Below, in pieces: positions 25,080 to 34,036 of a DNA stretch of 34,197 nt. Position numbers and translations under genes: made by a program. Positions within the stretch are counted from its first letter, which is position 1; each line of letters starts with the position of its first letter. Below the pieces are notes generated by a model. It was given only the letters and a program-made list of their open reading frames with translations, did not search any database and was not told where the DNA came from. Source of the stretch: Deltaproteobacteria bacterium (lineage in GTDB: Bacteria > CG2-30-53-67); the NCBI GenBank assembly GCA_013151235.1, contig JAADIO010000030.1, positions 1-34,197 of the forward strand, in the 5' to 3' direction.

Positions 25080-25219
25080 CAAAAAACAAAAGCTTTACCA
25101 CGAAACACGGAACTCACAGAGATCACAGAGAAGAACAAGAACAGAAGGGTCAGAGGGGCAAAGACGCTGAAAGCGCAAAGGAAATCAGCCCATGCAGCGC
25201 CGGGGTTTACCCCCGGTGT
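25080..25219 (+). repeat. Second composite repeat-module array with terminal REP-like hairpin (may also terminate the convergent genes)
   Basis: AAAAGCTTTAC CACGAAA CACGGAA CT CACAGAG AT CACAGAG; AGGGTCAGAGGGGCAAAGAC (19/20 match to 4271-4252); CGCTGAAAG CGCAAAG; hairpin GCGCCGGGG-TTTAC-CCCCGGTGT at 25197-25219. Confidence 0.8.
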
Positions 25220-26842
25220 TCAACCGGTCCAATCCGGATCCTTCCTCCTGATGAGAAGACATTGCCTCTTTTCGAGCCGCCCCCGGACCAGGATGGAAAA
25301 GTCCCGGCGGAGTCCTTCCGGCAACCGGGAAAAATCCTCTTCCTTGATGATGATGCGGTCATCTCTCCCTGTTCCCGCAAGCTGATCCGGGGTGGAGAGA
25401 AACCGGGGGTAGATCGGACGGCCGAGGTTCGCCATAAAGGTGACAGCAAGGCCGTCTTTCGGGATCCGGTAAAAGGCAAGATCCGCCTTCGTCCGGACGA
25501 GTTCCCTGGAGACGGCCCGGATGAAAGGGCCGCTTTCAAGACGTGCGTAGTAGGCGGGGCTGGAGTAGCACAGCGTCAAGAGTATCAGGGTAACGGTGGT
25601 GACCGCCATCCGGGCCGCCTCCCGGCCGGAGATCTTCTTCAGACGGGGGATTCCGATCTCGCCGACGGCAACAAGCATCACGAAGATTGCAAAAGCGATT
25701 TTCCCGTGACGCACAAAATCGAATCCCCACTGTTTCCGGAACAGAAGGACCGACAGGGAGAAGAGCAAAGCCCCGATGGGAACGACGCGGAAGAGACCCA
25801 GCAGGAGGGAGCGGGCCTTTCCGAGGAAGCGATTTGCCGTGGATCCGGCAAACAGCCAGGCGGCGGCAAGAGCGAAGGGGGGAACCGCCGGCAAGATATA
25901 GCGCATCTTCTTCACCCCCGGGATGGAGAGCCCGCCCAGGATGATGACGATCCAGAGGGCCGAGTGCCGTATTAATCTCATCTCTTCCCCACTTCCCCGG
26001 AACAACCCCCGGCCGAATCCCATGAATACGATCAGGGCCAGGGGATAGGCCGGCAGGTATTTGACGAGCCCCTTTCCCCAGTAATAGCCGGGACCGTGCG
26101 AGGCGGCGGTGATCCGTCCGGCTGCCTCCATCCGGATCACCTGCTTCACGAATGTCTCGCCCCCCTCGCTGGATGCGGCGGCGAGCAGTACGCCGCTTGC
26201 CAGTGTCAGCAGGGCCAGCGCACCCCCTCCGAAAAGCAAAAGCCTCGAAAAATCCCTCTCCAACAGATAGAACCCGCAAAGAACCCCTGCCGGGATCACC
26301 AGCCCCAGGGGACCCCGAAAGAGGAACCCGGCAAGAAGTAACGGAAAAAGAGAGGAAAGGTTCTCCCGCTTCCCCCGGACCCTTGCCGAATAGACAAGAT
26401 AGAAAGAGAAAACCGTGACAAGGCTCACATACTGATCGGGAGAAATATCCCGGGAATAGGAAAAGAAACTTTTTGTGGAAAGGGCGAAGAACACCGACCA
26501 GACGCCCCATTTTCTGGAATGAAGGGCACCGATCCGGTAGATCACAACAAGGACCAACGCCGAGGCGATCGCGGAAGGGAGGACGGCGGAGAGCGGGGTG
26601 ACCTTCCCCAAAGGAACGGACAAGAGGTAGATCAGAAAGGTAGAGGTCGCCGGATAGTCCGGGTAAGGCACCCCGTAGGTCGTGGGAAAACACGAGGGAC
26701 CGTTTCTCATCATCTCCTGGGCGAAGAGGGCAAACCGGGCATTCATCCCCTGAAACTCGGGCATGAGGACCACCGTAAAAAGAAAAAGGGCTCCCGTAAA
26801 AATCCAGAAGGCATCGCGGTGCAGAAAGATTCGGTCTTGCAT
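25220..26842 (-). CDS. ArnT/PMT-like GT-C membrane glycosyltransferase
   Basis: RFALFAQEMM..PTTYGVPYPDYP, FRGPLGLVIP and KKMRYILPAVP; multiple TMs. Confidence 0.85.
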   Translation of the reverse strand: MQDRIFLHRDAFWIFTGALFLFTVVLMPEFQGMNARFALFAQEMMRNGPSCFPTTYGVPYPDYPATSTFLIYLLSVPLGKVTPLSAVLPSAIASALVLVVIYRIGALHSRKWGVWSVFFALSTKSFFSYSRDISPDQYVSLVTVFSFYLVYSARVRGKRENLSSLFPLLLAGFLFRGPLGLVIPAGVLCGFYLLERDFSRLLLFGGGALALLTLASGVLLAAASSEGGETFVKQVIRMEAAGRITAASHGPGYYWGKGLVKYLPAYPLALIVFMGFGRGLFRGSGEEMRLIRHSALWIVIILGGLSIPGVKKMRYILPAVPPFALAAAWLFAGSTANRFLGKARSLLLGLFRVVPIGALLFSLSVLLFRKQWGFDFVRHGKIAFAIFVMLVAVGEIGIPRLKKISGREAARMAVTTVTLILLTLCYSSPAYYARLESGPFIRAVSRELVRTKADLAFYRIPKDGLAVTFMANLGRPIYPRFLSTPDQLAGTGRDDRIIIKEEDFSRLPEGLRRDFSILVRGRLEKRQCLLIRRKDPDWTG

Positions 26843-26877
26843 GAGAAGAACGCTCCCCCGTTTCGAAAGACCGATGC

Positions 26878-26906
26878 AGTATAAGGGATCCGCCTCCCCC
26901 TGTCAA
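26878..26906 (-). promoter_or_regulatory. Sigma70 promoter of the ArnT-like gene
   Basis: TTGACA-17 nt-TATACT. Confidence 0.75.
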
Positions 26907-27002
26907 AAGACGCTGCGGGCCCAAATCCAGCGATAGAAAAGTTCGGAGCGTTTGTCGAAAAAGCTCGTTTTAAACAGTAACCGTTGACGGGGGTCGGCAC
27001 AA

Positions 27003-27173
27003 ATCCGGACTTCCCTCTCATCTTGTAACCCTATGTTTTTGTCCATTTTCTTTGCTCGTCCAAAGAAAACGAACCAAAAGAAAAGATGCCCCGGGTGAAA
27101 CTCCTATCGCTAATTTAGGGGCGGGATCGGGTCGTTGGGAATGCCCGGAACATCCGGGTTCTTTATCCGGACT
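27003..27173. repeat. Possible small structured repeat or MITE-like element
   Basis: Hairpin TTTTCTTTG-CTCGTC-CAAAGAAAA (27046-27069) followed by CGAACCAAAAGAAAAG; bounded by the direct repeat ATCCGGACT at 27003-27011 and 27165-27173. Confidence 0.45.
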
Positions 27174-27196
27174 CCTTCGACGGGCGAAGATAATGC

Positions 27197-27225
27197 TTGA
27201 CAATATGAATTAATATTCATATTGT
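27197..27225 (+). promoter_or_regulatory. Promoter and TetR operator of the second efflux operon
   Basis: TTGACA-17 nt-TATTGT, overlaid by the perfect inverted repeat ACAATATGAAT-TAAT-ATTCATATTGT (27200-27225). Confidence 0.85.
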
Positions 27226-27276
27226 GAGCACATATTTATTAATTAGACCTAATATTCAACCTCATGAAGGATTTTT

Positions 27277-27906
27277 ATGGCGCAACAACCTCTTTCCAGA
27301 AAAGAGCGGGAATACCTGGTGCGCCGCAGTGAAATTCTGCGGGTAGCACTGAAACTTTTTGCGGAAAAAGGGTTTCACGGGACCTCGATTCAGATGATCG
27401 CGGAGAAGTCCGAGTTTGCCGTGGGTACGCTCTATCATTTTTTCCCGCACAAGGAGGATATTTACAAGGCGATTATTCAGGAGACGGCGGAGAAGTTCCA
27501 TGCCGCATTGACGACGGCCCTGGAGATACCGGGCGGGGTGATCGAGAAACTCCGGGCCTGCCTGGAGGTCAAGATTAAAGTTTTTCTCGACAATCTGGAC
27601 CATGTCCGGATCTTTTTTGCCGAAACACAGGGGGCGAGCTTCAGTGTGAAGACAGGACTCGACGCGGAACTCAAGGCACAGTACGAGGATTATATTCAAC
27701 GGCTGACCGGTGTCTTCCGGAGTGGAATCCGAGAGAAGACCTTCCGGAAGCTGGACCCGTACCTCCTCGCGGTCGCCCTGGACAGCCTCTCCACGGCCTT
27801 TCTTGTGGAACACCTGGATCATCCCGAAGCGCACCCCTTTGATACGGAAACGATCCTGAATCTTTTTTTAAACGGAGTGGCCGCAAAAAGAGGGAGCGGA
27901 AAATGA
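27277..27906 (+). CDS. TetR/AcrR-family regulator
   Basis: ILRVALKLFAEKGFHGTSIQMIAEKSEFAVGTLYHFFPHK helix-turn-helix. Confidence 0.93.
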   Translation: MAQQPLSRKEREYLVRRSEILRVALKLFAEKGFHGTSIQMIAEKSEFAVGTLYHFFPHKEDIYKAIIQETAEKFHAALTTALEIPGGVIEKLRACLEVKIKVFLDNLDHVRIFFAETQGASFSVKTGLDAELKAQYEDYIQRLTGVFRSGIREKTFRKLDPYLLAVALDSLSTAFLVEHLDHPEAHPFDTETILNLFLNGVAAKRGSGK

Positions 27907-29234
27907 AAAGACAGATGTCAGCGCTGCTGTGCATGATTTTGTCTCTGATGCTGGTTGCCAAAACAGCGGAAGCCGCAACCGTTTCGGACAAGAGTCTGCG
28001 CCTCACCCTGGAAGAAGCCGTCCGGATCGCCCTCACGCAAAACAGTGAGATCAAAATGGCGGAGAGTTCCGTGGCGGCGGCGCGCGAGGCGGCCCGAAGC
28101 AAATCCGCCGACCTTCTGCCAAAATTCGAGACCCGCTACAGCGCCGTTCGCTTAAACGATGATCCGGAAGTAATCTTCGGAAAGGGGCTTGAGTTCATTG
28201 CAGGGAGCAAACCCAACTACCGGTGGACCGTCGGGTTTACACAACCTGTTTTTACCGGGTTTGCCCTCACGACAGCCAAAGAACTTGCCGCCCTGGGGGT
28301 CGATACGGCGCGACTGAACAAGGAGGAGGCTGAAGAGGAGATTATTCTCCGGACCCGGGCGGCCTACTTCCAACATCTCCTGGCGGAACGATTGAAGGGA
28401 GTGGCCGAGGAGGCGGTGCGTCGGCTCCGGGCGCACCTGAAGGATGCCCAGGCCCTGTATGACGCCGGGATGATCCCGCAAAATGACCTCTTGAAGTCGA
28501 AGGTCCGGATGGCGGAGGCGGAACAGGAAGAGGTGCGTGCCGGAAACCGGGTGGAACTTACCCGCTCGCAACTCAACCTCCTGCTCCGGCGGGAAATCAA
28601 TGCAAAAACGCAACTCACCGATGTGCTCACCTGGACACCCTATAATTTGACTCTTAAAGATTCGCTTGCCCGGGGTCTGGCAAAACGCCCCGCGATTCAG
28701 GCAACACAGCTTGCCGTGGAAAAGGCGGACAAGGGCGTACGGCTGGCCGAAAGCCGCTACTATCCGAACCTCGTCATGGTGGGGGAATATGAGCGTCAGG
28801 GAGATACTGCGGCCGTCAACGGGAACGGCTATACCAACACCAAGAACGCCTCCATCGGACTGGAAGCCCGGTGGACCTTCTTTGAGTGGGGGAAAACCGG
28901 GGCCGAGGTCTCCCGCTCCCGGTACGAAAAGGAACGGGCGGTAGAGGCCGGCCGCCGCCTGCGGGACCGGATAGCCCTGCAGATCAAGCAGGCCTGGCTC
29001 GACCTTCAGACGGCCGGAAAAAATATCGAGACGGCAAAAACCGAACTGGAACAGGCAAAGGAAAACTACCGGATTACCGATCTTCAGTACAAGGAGCAGA
29101 TGACCACCTCCACGGAAGTGTTGGATGCCGAATCCCTGCTCACCCAGGCGGAAACCCACAACTACGGCGCCCTCTACGGCTACAACCTGGCCCGGGCATC
29201 CCTGGAGCGGGCCATGGGTACAGGAAGACCATAG
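27903..29234 (+). CDS. TolC-family outer-membrane efflux protein
   Basis: Signal peptide, LTLEEAVRIAL, two OEP repeats and terminal ASLERAMG. Confidence 0.92.
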   Translation: MKRQMSALLCMILSLMLVAKTAEAATVSDKSLRLTLEEAVRIALTQNSEIKMAESSVAAAREAARSKSADLLPKFETRYSAVRLNDDPEVIFGKGLEFIAGSKPNYRWTVGFTQPVFTGFALTTAKELAALGVDTARLNKEEAEEEIILRTRAAYFQHLLAERLKGVAEEAVRRLRAHLKDAQALYDAGMIPQNDLLKSKVRMAEAEQEEVRAGNRVELTRSQLNLLLRREINAKTQLTDVLTWTPYNLTLKDSLARGLAKRPAIQATQLAVEKADKGVRLAESRYYPNLVMVGEYERQGDTAAVNGNGYTNTKNASIGLEARWTFFEWGKTGAEVSRSRYEKERAVEAGRRLRDRIALQIKQAWLDLQTAGKNIETAKTELEQAKENYRITDLQYKEQMTTSTEVLDAESLLTQAETHNYGALYGYNLARASLERAMGTGRP

Positions 29235-29267
29235 CTTTCCCAAAAACCCCGGAAGGAGAATGCCAAG

Positions 29268-30392
29268 ATGACCGATTCGACAACGCCCGAGACTCCGGTT
29301 GAGCCCGCAGAAAAGCCGGCCATGACGACGGGGAAGAAGATTTTTCTCGTTCTTTTCCTGATCCTGTTGATCGTCTTTGCCGGAATCGCCGCAAAGTGGC
29401 TGCATTACCGCTTCACCCACGCCATTACGGACAATGCCTTTGTGGAGTCCGATATGATCAACGTGGCTCCGTTGGTCTCCGGACACATCCGGACAATTTT
29501 CGTGGAGGAGGGAGACCGGGTAAAGAAGGGGCAGCTCCTGCTGAAGATCGATTCCACCGACTATGAAAACGGAGTCGCCCTGCAGGAGGCAAATACGGAG
29601 GCGGCGGAGATGAACCTGAAACAAAGCCGGGCCGCCCTGGAAAATCTGCGTGTCGCCTCCCGCGAATCGATCCGCAAGGCAAAAAGCGGCCTTCTGGCGG
29701 CCGGGGCTGAGGGCGATCGTATGCAGAAGGATTACGACCGCATCTCGCAACTGCTCAAAAAGGGGGCCGTGTCGCAGAGCCGATATGATGCCGTCAAGGC
29801 GGCGTGGATCGCCACCCGGGCGAAAGTGGTTGCCGCAGAGGCCGACCTGAAACAGGCTCAGGCCTCAAAGTTCCGGGTCCGGGAGGCTGTCAGCGCCGTG
29901 AATGCAGCCCGTTCCGCGGTCAAGGCGGCGCGGGAAGCCCTCAAGGTCGCACAGACCCGCCTCGGATACACCCGTGTCAAGAGCCCGATTGCCGGGGTCG
30001 TTGCCAAAAAATTCCTGAATGAGGGAGACTTTCTGGCGGCGGGCTATCCGGTCCTTTCCCTCTATAACAAGGAAAACATCTATGTGACGGCGAACCTGGA
30101 AGAGACCAAGACCGATGGGGTTCGCGTGGGGCAGAAGGTCGATCTCGCCGTCGATACTTACAGCGACCGAACCTTTCACGGCAGGGTGATCCTGATCGGA
30201 GAGGCGGCCGGCGCAAAGTTCGCGCTGATCCCCCGGGACAATTCCGCCGGAGAGTTCACCAAGGTGGTCCAACGGATCCCGATCAGGATCTCCGTGGATA
30301 AAGGCCGGGAGCTCCTCAAGCCGGGGATGTCCGTCACCGTCGGTATTGCACTGGATGGGGACGACCGGTCGCCGGTTGCAGACAAAGAGTAA
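29268..30392 (+). CDS. HlyD/EmrA-family adaptor
   Basis: TDNAFV, FALIPRDNSAGEFTKVVQRIPIRI and LKPGMSVTV. Confidence 0.94.
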   Translation: MTDSTTPETPVEPAEKPAMTTGKKIFLVLFLILLIVFAGIAAKWLHYRFTHAITDNAFVESDMINVAPLVSGHIRTIFVEEGDRVKKGQLLLKIDSTDYENGVALQEANTEAAEMNLKQSRAALENLRVASRESIRKAKSGLLAAGAEGDRMQKDYDRISQLLKKGAVSQSRYDAVKAAWIATRAKVVAAEADLKQAQASKFRVREAVSAVNAARSAVKAAREALKVAQTRLGYTRVKSPIAGVVAKKFLNEGDFLAAGYPVLSLYNKENIYVTANLEETKTDGVRVGQKVDLAVDTYSDRTFHGRVILIGEAAGAKFALIPRDNSAGEFTKVVQRIPIRISVDKGRELLKPGMSVTVGIALDGDDRSPVADKE

Positions 30393-30398
30393 TCCGCC

Positions 30399-31979
30399 AT
30401 GACGCCAGCACGCCGAATCGGAAACGAGCCCTATTATTTCGGGATCCGCTACAAGTGGTATGCCGCGGTCATCGTCATGATCGGGACGTTCATGACACTC
30501 CTCGACACCACGATTGTCGATATCACCCTCCCTAAAATGATGGCCTCCCTCAACGCCGACACCCATGGAATCCAGTGGGTCGTGATCGCCTATATGATCG
30601 GCTCCGCAATCTCCATGACGGCGGTCGGATGGATCGGGGCAAGGATCGGTCACCGGGAGACCTATATCTCCGGGATGGTGATCTTTACCGTGATGAGCAT
30701 GCTCTGCGGCCAGGCAACCAACCTGGAGATCATGACCCTGGGACGCTTCATCCAGGGGATCGGGGAGGGACTGGTCGTCCCCGTAGCCATGACCATGCTA
30801 TACGAGGTCTTTCCCGAAGACGAGCAGGGAATCGCCATGGGAATCTTCGGACTGGGGGCCTCGGCCGCCCCGGCCCTCGGCCCGATTCTGGGAGGCTTTC
30901 TCACCGAACATCTCACCTGGCGGTGGATCTTCTACGTCAATATTCCGATCTCGGTGATCGGCCTGGCCGCGGCGGTCCTCCTTCTGCAGAAGAGCAAACC
31001 CGACGAAGAACGGGCGGGCAGTTTCAACCTGGGGAGTTTTCTTCTCATGTCGGTCAGCTTCGGTTCGCTGCTGATCTTTCTCTCCAAGGGACAGGAGTGG
31101 GGCTGGACCCATTCGGACCGGATCGTCTTTCTCATGGTCCTCTGGGTGACAACCTTCGCCCTCTACATCTACCGGGAACGCAGATCGAAAGAACCTCTCC
31201 TGCATATCCGGCTCTTCCGGAACCCGGTCTTCGCCCTGGCCGTGGCCGGGATGTTCATCTTCTCCATGACCATCTACGGCGGCTACTTCCTGATCCCTCT
31301 CTATCTGGAGCGGCTTCGCGGATTTACCACCCTTGACGCCGGGATCATCATGCTCCCCGGCTCCATCGCCACCTCAATCGGTGTGGTCCTGGGAGGGGCG
31401 TTGAGCGATAAATTCAACGCCAAACTGATCGCACTCTTCTCGGCCGCCGCCTTTGCCCTCGCGACCTTCACGCTGGCCCATTTCGACCTGCACACGGAAA
31501 AATCAACCATCATCCTTCTGTACATCTTCTGGGGCGGCGCCTTCGGCCCCCTCTTCCCCTCCCTGACCGTACTCGCGCTGAATGTCATTCCCCTTGAGGA
31601 TGTCAATATGGGCTCAGCCATCCAAAACGTCTCCCGACTCGTGGCGGGGTCCGTGGGAACCTCCATCTCCGTCACGATCCTCGCCCGCAGGACCGACCTC
31701 TTCTTCGACCGCATCTCCGAACAGCTCCACTACGGCAACATCGTCGCCATGGGGGCTTTCCAAAAATTGCAACAGTATCTCATGGGCCGGGGGTTTCAAC
31801 CCGATACCGCCCGGCAACAGGCAACGGCCCTCTTTCAGATGCTGATCCGGCAGAAGGCCTCCTCCTATGCCTTTCAAAGTACTTTTATCTGGCTCGGCCT
31901 GATCGGTCTTCTTTGTATTGTGACCGTTTTTTTCATCAAGTATCGGAAGAAAGAAGGCGTCAAGGTCGCGGTGCATTGA
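30399..31979 (+). CDS. DHA2 (EmrB/QacA) MFS efflux permease
   Basis: GTFMTLLDTTIVDITLP, GRFIQGIG, APALGPILGG and WRWIFYVNIP. Confidence 0.95.
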   Translation: MTPARRIGNEPYYFGIRYKWYAAVIVMIGTFMTLLDTTIVDITLPKMMASLNADTHGIQWVVIAYMIGSAISMTAVGWIGARIGHRETYISGMVIFTVMSMLCGQATNLEIMTLGRFIQGIGEGLVVPVAMTMLYEVFPEDEQGIAMGIFGLGASAAPALGPILGGFLTEHLTWRWIFYVNIPISVIGLAAAVLLLQKSKPDEERAGSFNLGSFLLMSVSFGSLLIFLSKGQEWGWTHSDRIVFLMVLWVTTFALYIYRERRSKEPLLHIRLFRNPVFALAVAGMFIFSMTIYGGYFLIPLYLERLRGFTTLDAGIIMLPGSIATSIGVVLGGALSDKFNAKLIALFSAAAFALATFTLAHFDLHTEKSTIILLYIFWGGAFGPLFPSLTVLALNVIPLEDVNMGSAIQNVSRLVAGSVGTSISVTILARRTDLFFDRISEQLHYGNIVAMGAFQKLQQYLMGRGFQPDTARQQATALFQMLIRQKASSYAFQSTFIWLGLIGLLCIVTVFFIKYRKKEGVKVAVH

Positions 31980-32064
31980 ACCGCAAGAGTCAACGGCGAA
32001 ACAGATTGTCTCGATCTTTCGTGAAATCCCGTGAAAATTCCGTTAACGCAAATTTCCTTTCGCC

Positions 32065-32191
32065 TGGAATTCCACTCCGGCGCCCGCACAAGCACGCTGC
32101 CGTCGCGCTTGATGATAATGTCGGCAGTCGTACGCCGACTTCGAACCACTTTATAGTTTCTTTCCAGATCTAGACTGCATACCGGGAACAT
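32065..32191 (-). pseudogene. N-terminal remnant of a YgjP/DUF45-like (M48-type) metallopeptidase
   Basis: YKVVRSRRTTADIIIKRDGSVLVRAPEW matches the family's N-terminal pattern as I recall it; similarity then ends and no HExxH follows. Confidence 0.6.
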
Positions 32192-32250
32192 TCATGGCCG
32201 GAAAGAAGCATGGCAGTTGTCGGACAGGTCCTACCTTAACGGAGTCTTGC

Positions 32251-32413
32251 GTAATTATATTTCCCGCATAAACCAGTTTTGTAACTGTTTTTCCGGCGAT
32301 GTAACAATTTTTCCCGGTGGGTCGGGGATGGTAAGAATCGTCTTCCTGTAATTATTTTTCTTGACTTATACTAAAATATAACGATAATTCTTGTAATGTG
32401 ATCATTTTTCCGC
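32251..32413 (+). repeat. Phased direct repeats (GTAAYWATTTTTCC-like) around the fic promoter
   Basis: Copies start at 32251, 32281, 32301, 32331 (weak), 32348 and 32398; the 32348 copy abuts TTGACT(32361)-16 nt-GATAAT. Confidence 0.7.
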
Positions 32414-32455
32414 CTGTCTGCCGCAACACAATGGGGCACAGGCAGGGAGGAAGCC

Positions 32456-34027
32456 ATGGCTGAAAACGACCAGGATAGATCAAATGACAGACCTGCCTGC
32501 GCCGCAAACGAATGTGCCGCGGCAGGCAGGCCCGCAGGGTATGCGGCACTTATCGAGCGATACGACCTCGATGTTATTCCGAATTGGCACAGGTCGCAGG
32601 TGACGACCAGCGGAATCCACCGGATCGATTCGAGCAGGGACATAGTCGAGGAGGTATATCCGCCCAAGTACTGGCCGGGAGATACACTGGGCGATCATCT
32701 TGAATTTGCGCTCAAGTATGACGGTACGAATCTCGCGATACTCGCCAGCCTGTTCCAGAACGTCGCAGAGGAAGATTTCCTCGAATATGTCCGCTCCAAG
32801 CCCACCGGCAAGTACGCCAGGCGGTTGTGGTATCTGTACGAGTTTCTGACCGGCAAAACGCTTCCGCTCGACGATGTGAAGCGGGGTAATTACATTGATC
32901 TGCTCGACCCTGATGAATACTACACGGTCAGTCCGGCCCGCCAGGTTCGTCGTCAACGAATCAACGACAACTTGCCGGGTGATCGACGATTTTGCCCGAC
33001 GGTTCGTCGCACCGATACTCTTCACGACTTCAAAATAGCCGATCTTCCCGAGCGATGCCGCAGGGTGGTGTCCGGCTATTCCCCGGAATTGCTGAGGAGG
33101 GCGCTCGGTTACCTGTACGCCAAGGAGACAAGATCATCTTTTGAGATCGAACATATCAAGCCCATATCGACCAGGACCGAGCGATTTGTAGCATTGCTTC
33201 AACTGGCCGAGCAGGAAGACTTCTGTGAAAAACCGCGCCTGATCGAACTTCAGAATCGCATCGTCGATCCACGGTTCCGCGATTCCGACTACCGGACGAG
33301 CCAGAACTATGTTGGAGAGATGGTAGCCTGGCAGAAGGAAAGGATACACTTCGTGAGTCCGAAACCTGAGGATCTGGCCGACCTGATGGAGGGCCTGGTA
33401 ACCGCCCACAAGCGCATGGATGCAAGCTCCGTGTCCGCCGTGGTCCACGCTGCCGTCATCGCCTACGGGTTCGTTTTTCTGCACCCGTTCGAAGACGGCA
33501 ATGGTCGAATCCACCGTTTCCTGATCCACAACATTCTTGCCCGCCGAGGCTTTACGCCCAAAGGCGTCATGTTTCCCATATCGGCATCCATGCTGAAGAA
33601 CCCTGCCGACTATGACGCCTCTCTGGAAGCGTTTTCACGGCATCTTATGGCGCTGGTGGAATACTCGCTCGATGAAGAAGGGCGCATGAGCGTCCACAAC
33701 GATACTGCCGGGTGGTACCGCTATATCGATATGACGCCCCAGGCGGATGCGCTTTTCAAATTCATCGATCAGACCATTGAGACGGAGCTCGCCCGGGAAT
33801 TGGCGTTTCTGGCCAACTACGATGAAACAAAGAAAGCTATCCAGGAGATCGTGGACATGCCCGACCGGAAGATTGATCTCTTTATTCGCTTCTGCCTGCA
33901 AAACAACGGCAGACTCTCGGCACGGAAACGAGCGAGTCACTTCGATTTCCTGTCGAATGAGGAAATCGCCCGTATGGAACAGGCGGTTCTGGCCGCCTAC
34001 GGAAGCAGAACCTTGAACGATGATTGA
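32456..34027 (+). CDS. Fic-domain protein
   Basis: Catalytic motif HPFEDGNGRIHR; upstream SSFEIEH resembles the inhibitory helix; GGAGGA RBS. Confidence 0.95.
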   Translation: MAENDQDRSNDRPACAANECAAAGRPAGYAALIERYDLDVIPNWHRSQVTTSGIHRIDSSRDIVEEVYPPKYWPGDTLGDHLEFALKYDGTNLAILASLFQNVAEEDFLEYVRSKPTGKYARRLWYLYEFLTGKTLPLDDVKRGNYIDLLDPDEYYTVSPARQVRRQRINDNLPGDRRFCPTVRRTDTLHDFKIADLPERCRRVVSGYSPELLRRALGYLYAKETRSSFEIEHIKPISTRTERFVALLQLAEQEDFCEKPRLIELQNRIVDPRFRDSDYRTSQNYVGEMVAWQKERIHFVSPKPEDLADLMEGLVTAHKRMDASSVSAVVHAAVIAYGFVFLHPFEDGNGRIHRFLIHNILARRGFTPKGVMFPISASMLKNPADYDASLEAFSRHLMALVEYSLDEEGRMSVHNDTAGWYRYIDMTPQADALFKFIDQTIETELARELAFLANYDETKKAIQEIVDMPDRKIDLFIRFCLQNNGRLSARKRASHFDFLSNEEIARMEQAVLAAYGSRTLNDD

Positions 34028-34036
34028 TGGCGACCC

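Noticed and set aside
24996-25385. 129-aa ORF across the second repeat array
   Set aside because: Overlaps two real genes; its content reflects the repeats.
20715-29750. Long alternative ORFs 20715-21920, 21737-23554, 25536-26924 and 28152-29750
   Set aside because: Antisense or off-frame shadows of the efflux and glycosyltransferase genes.
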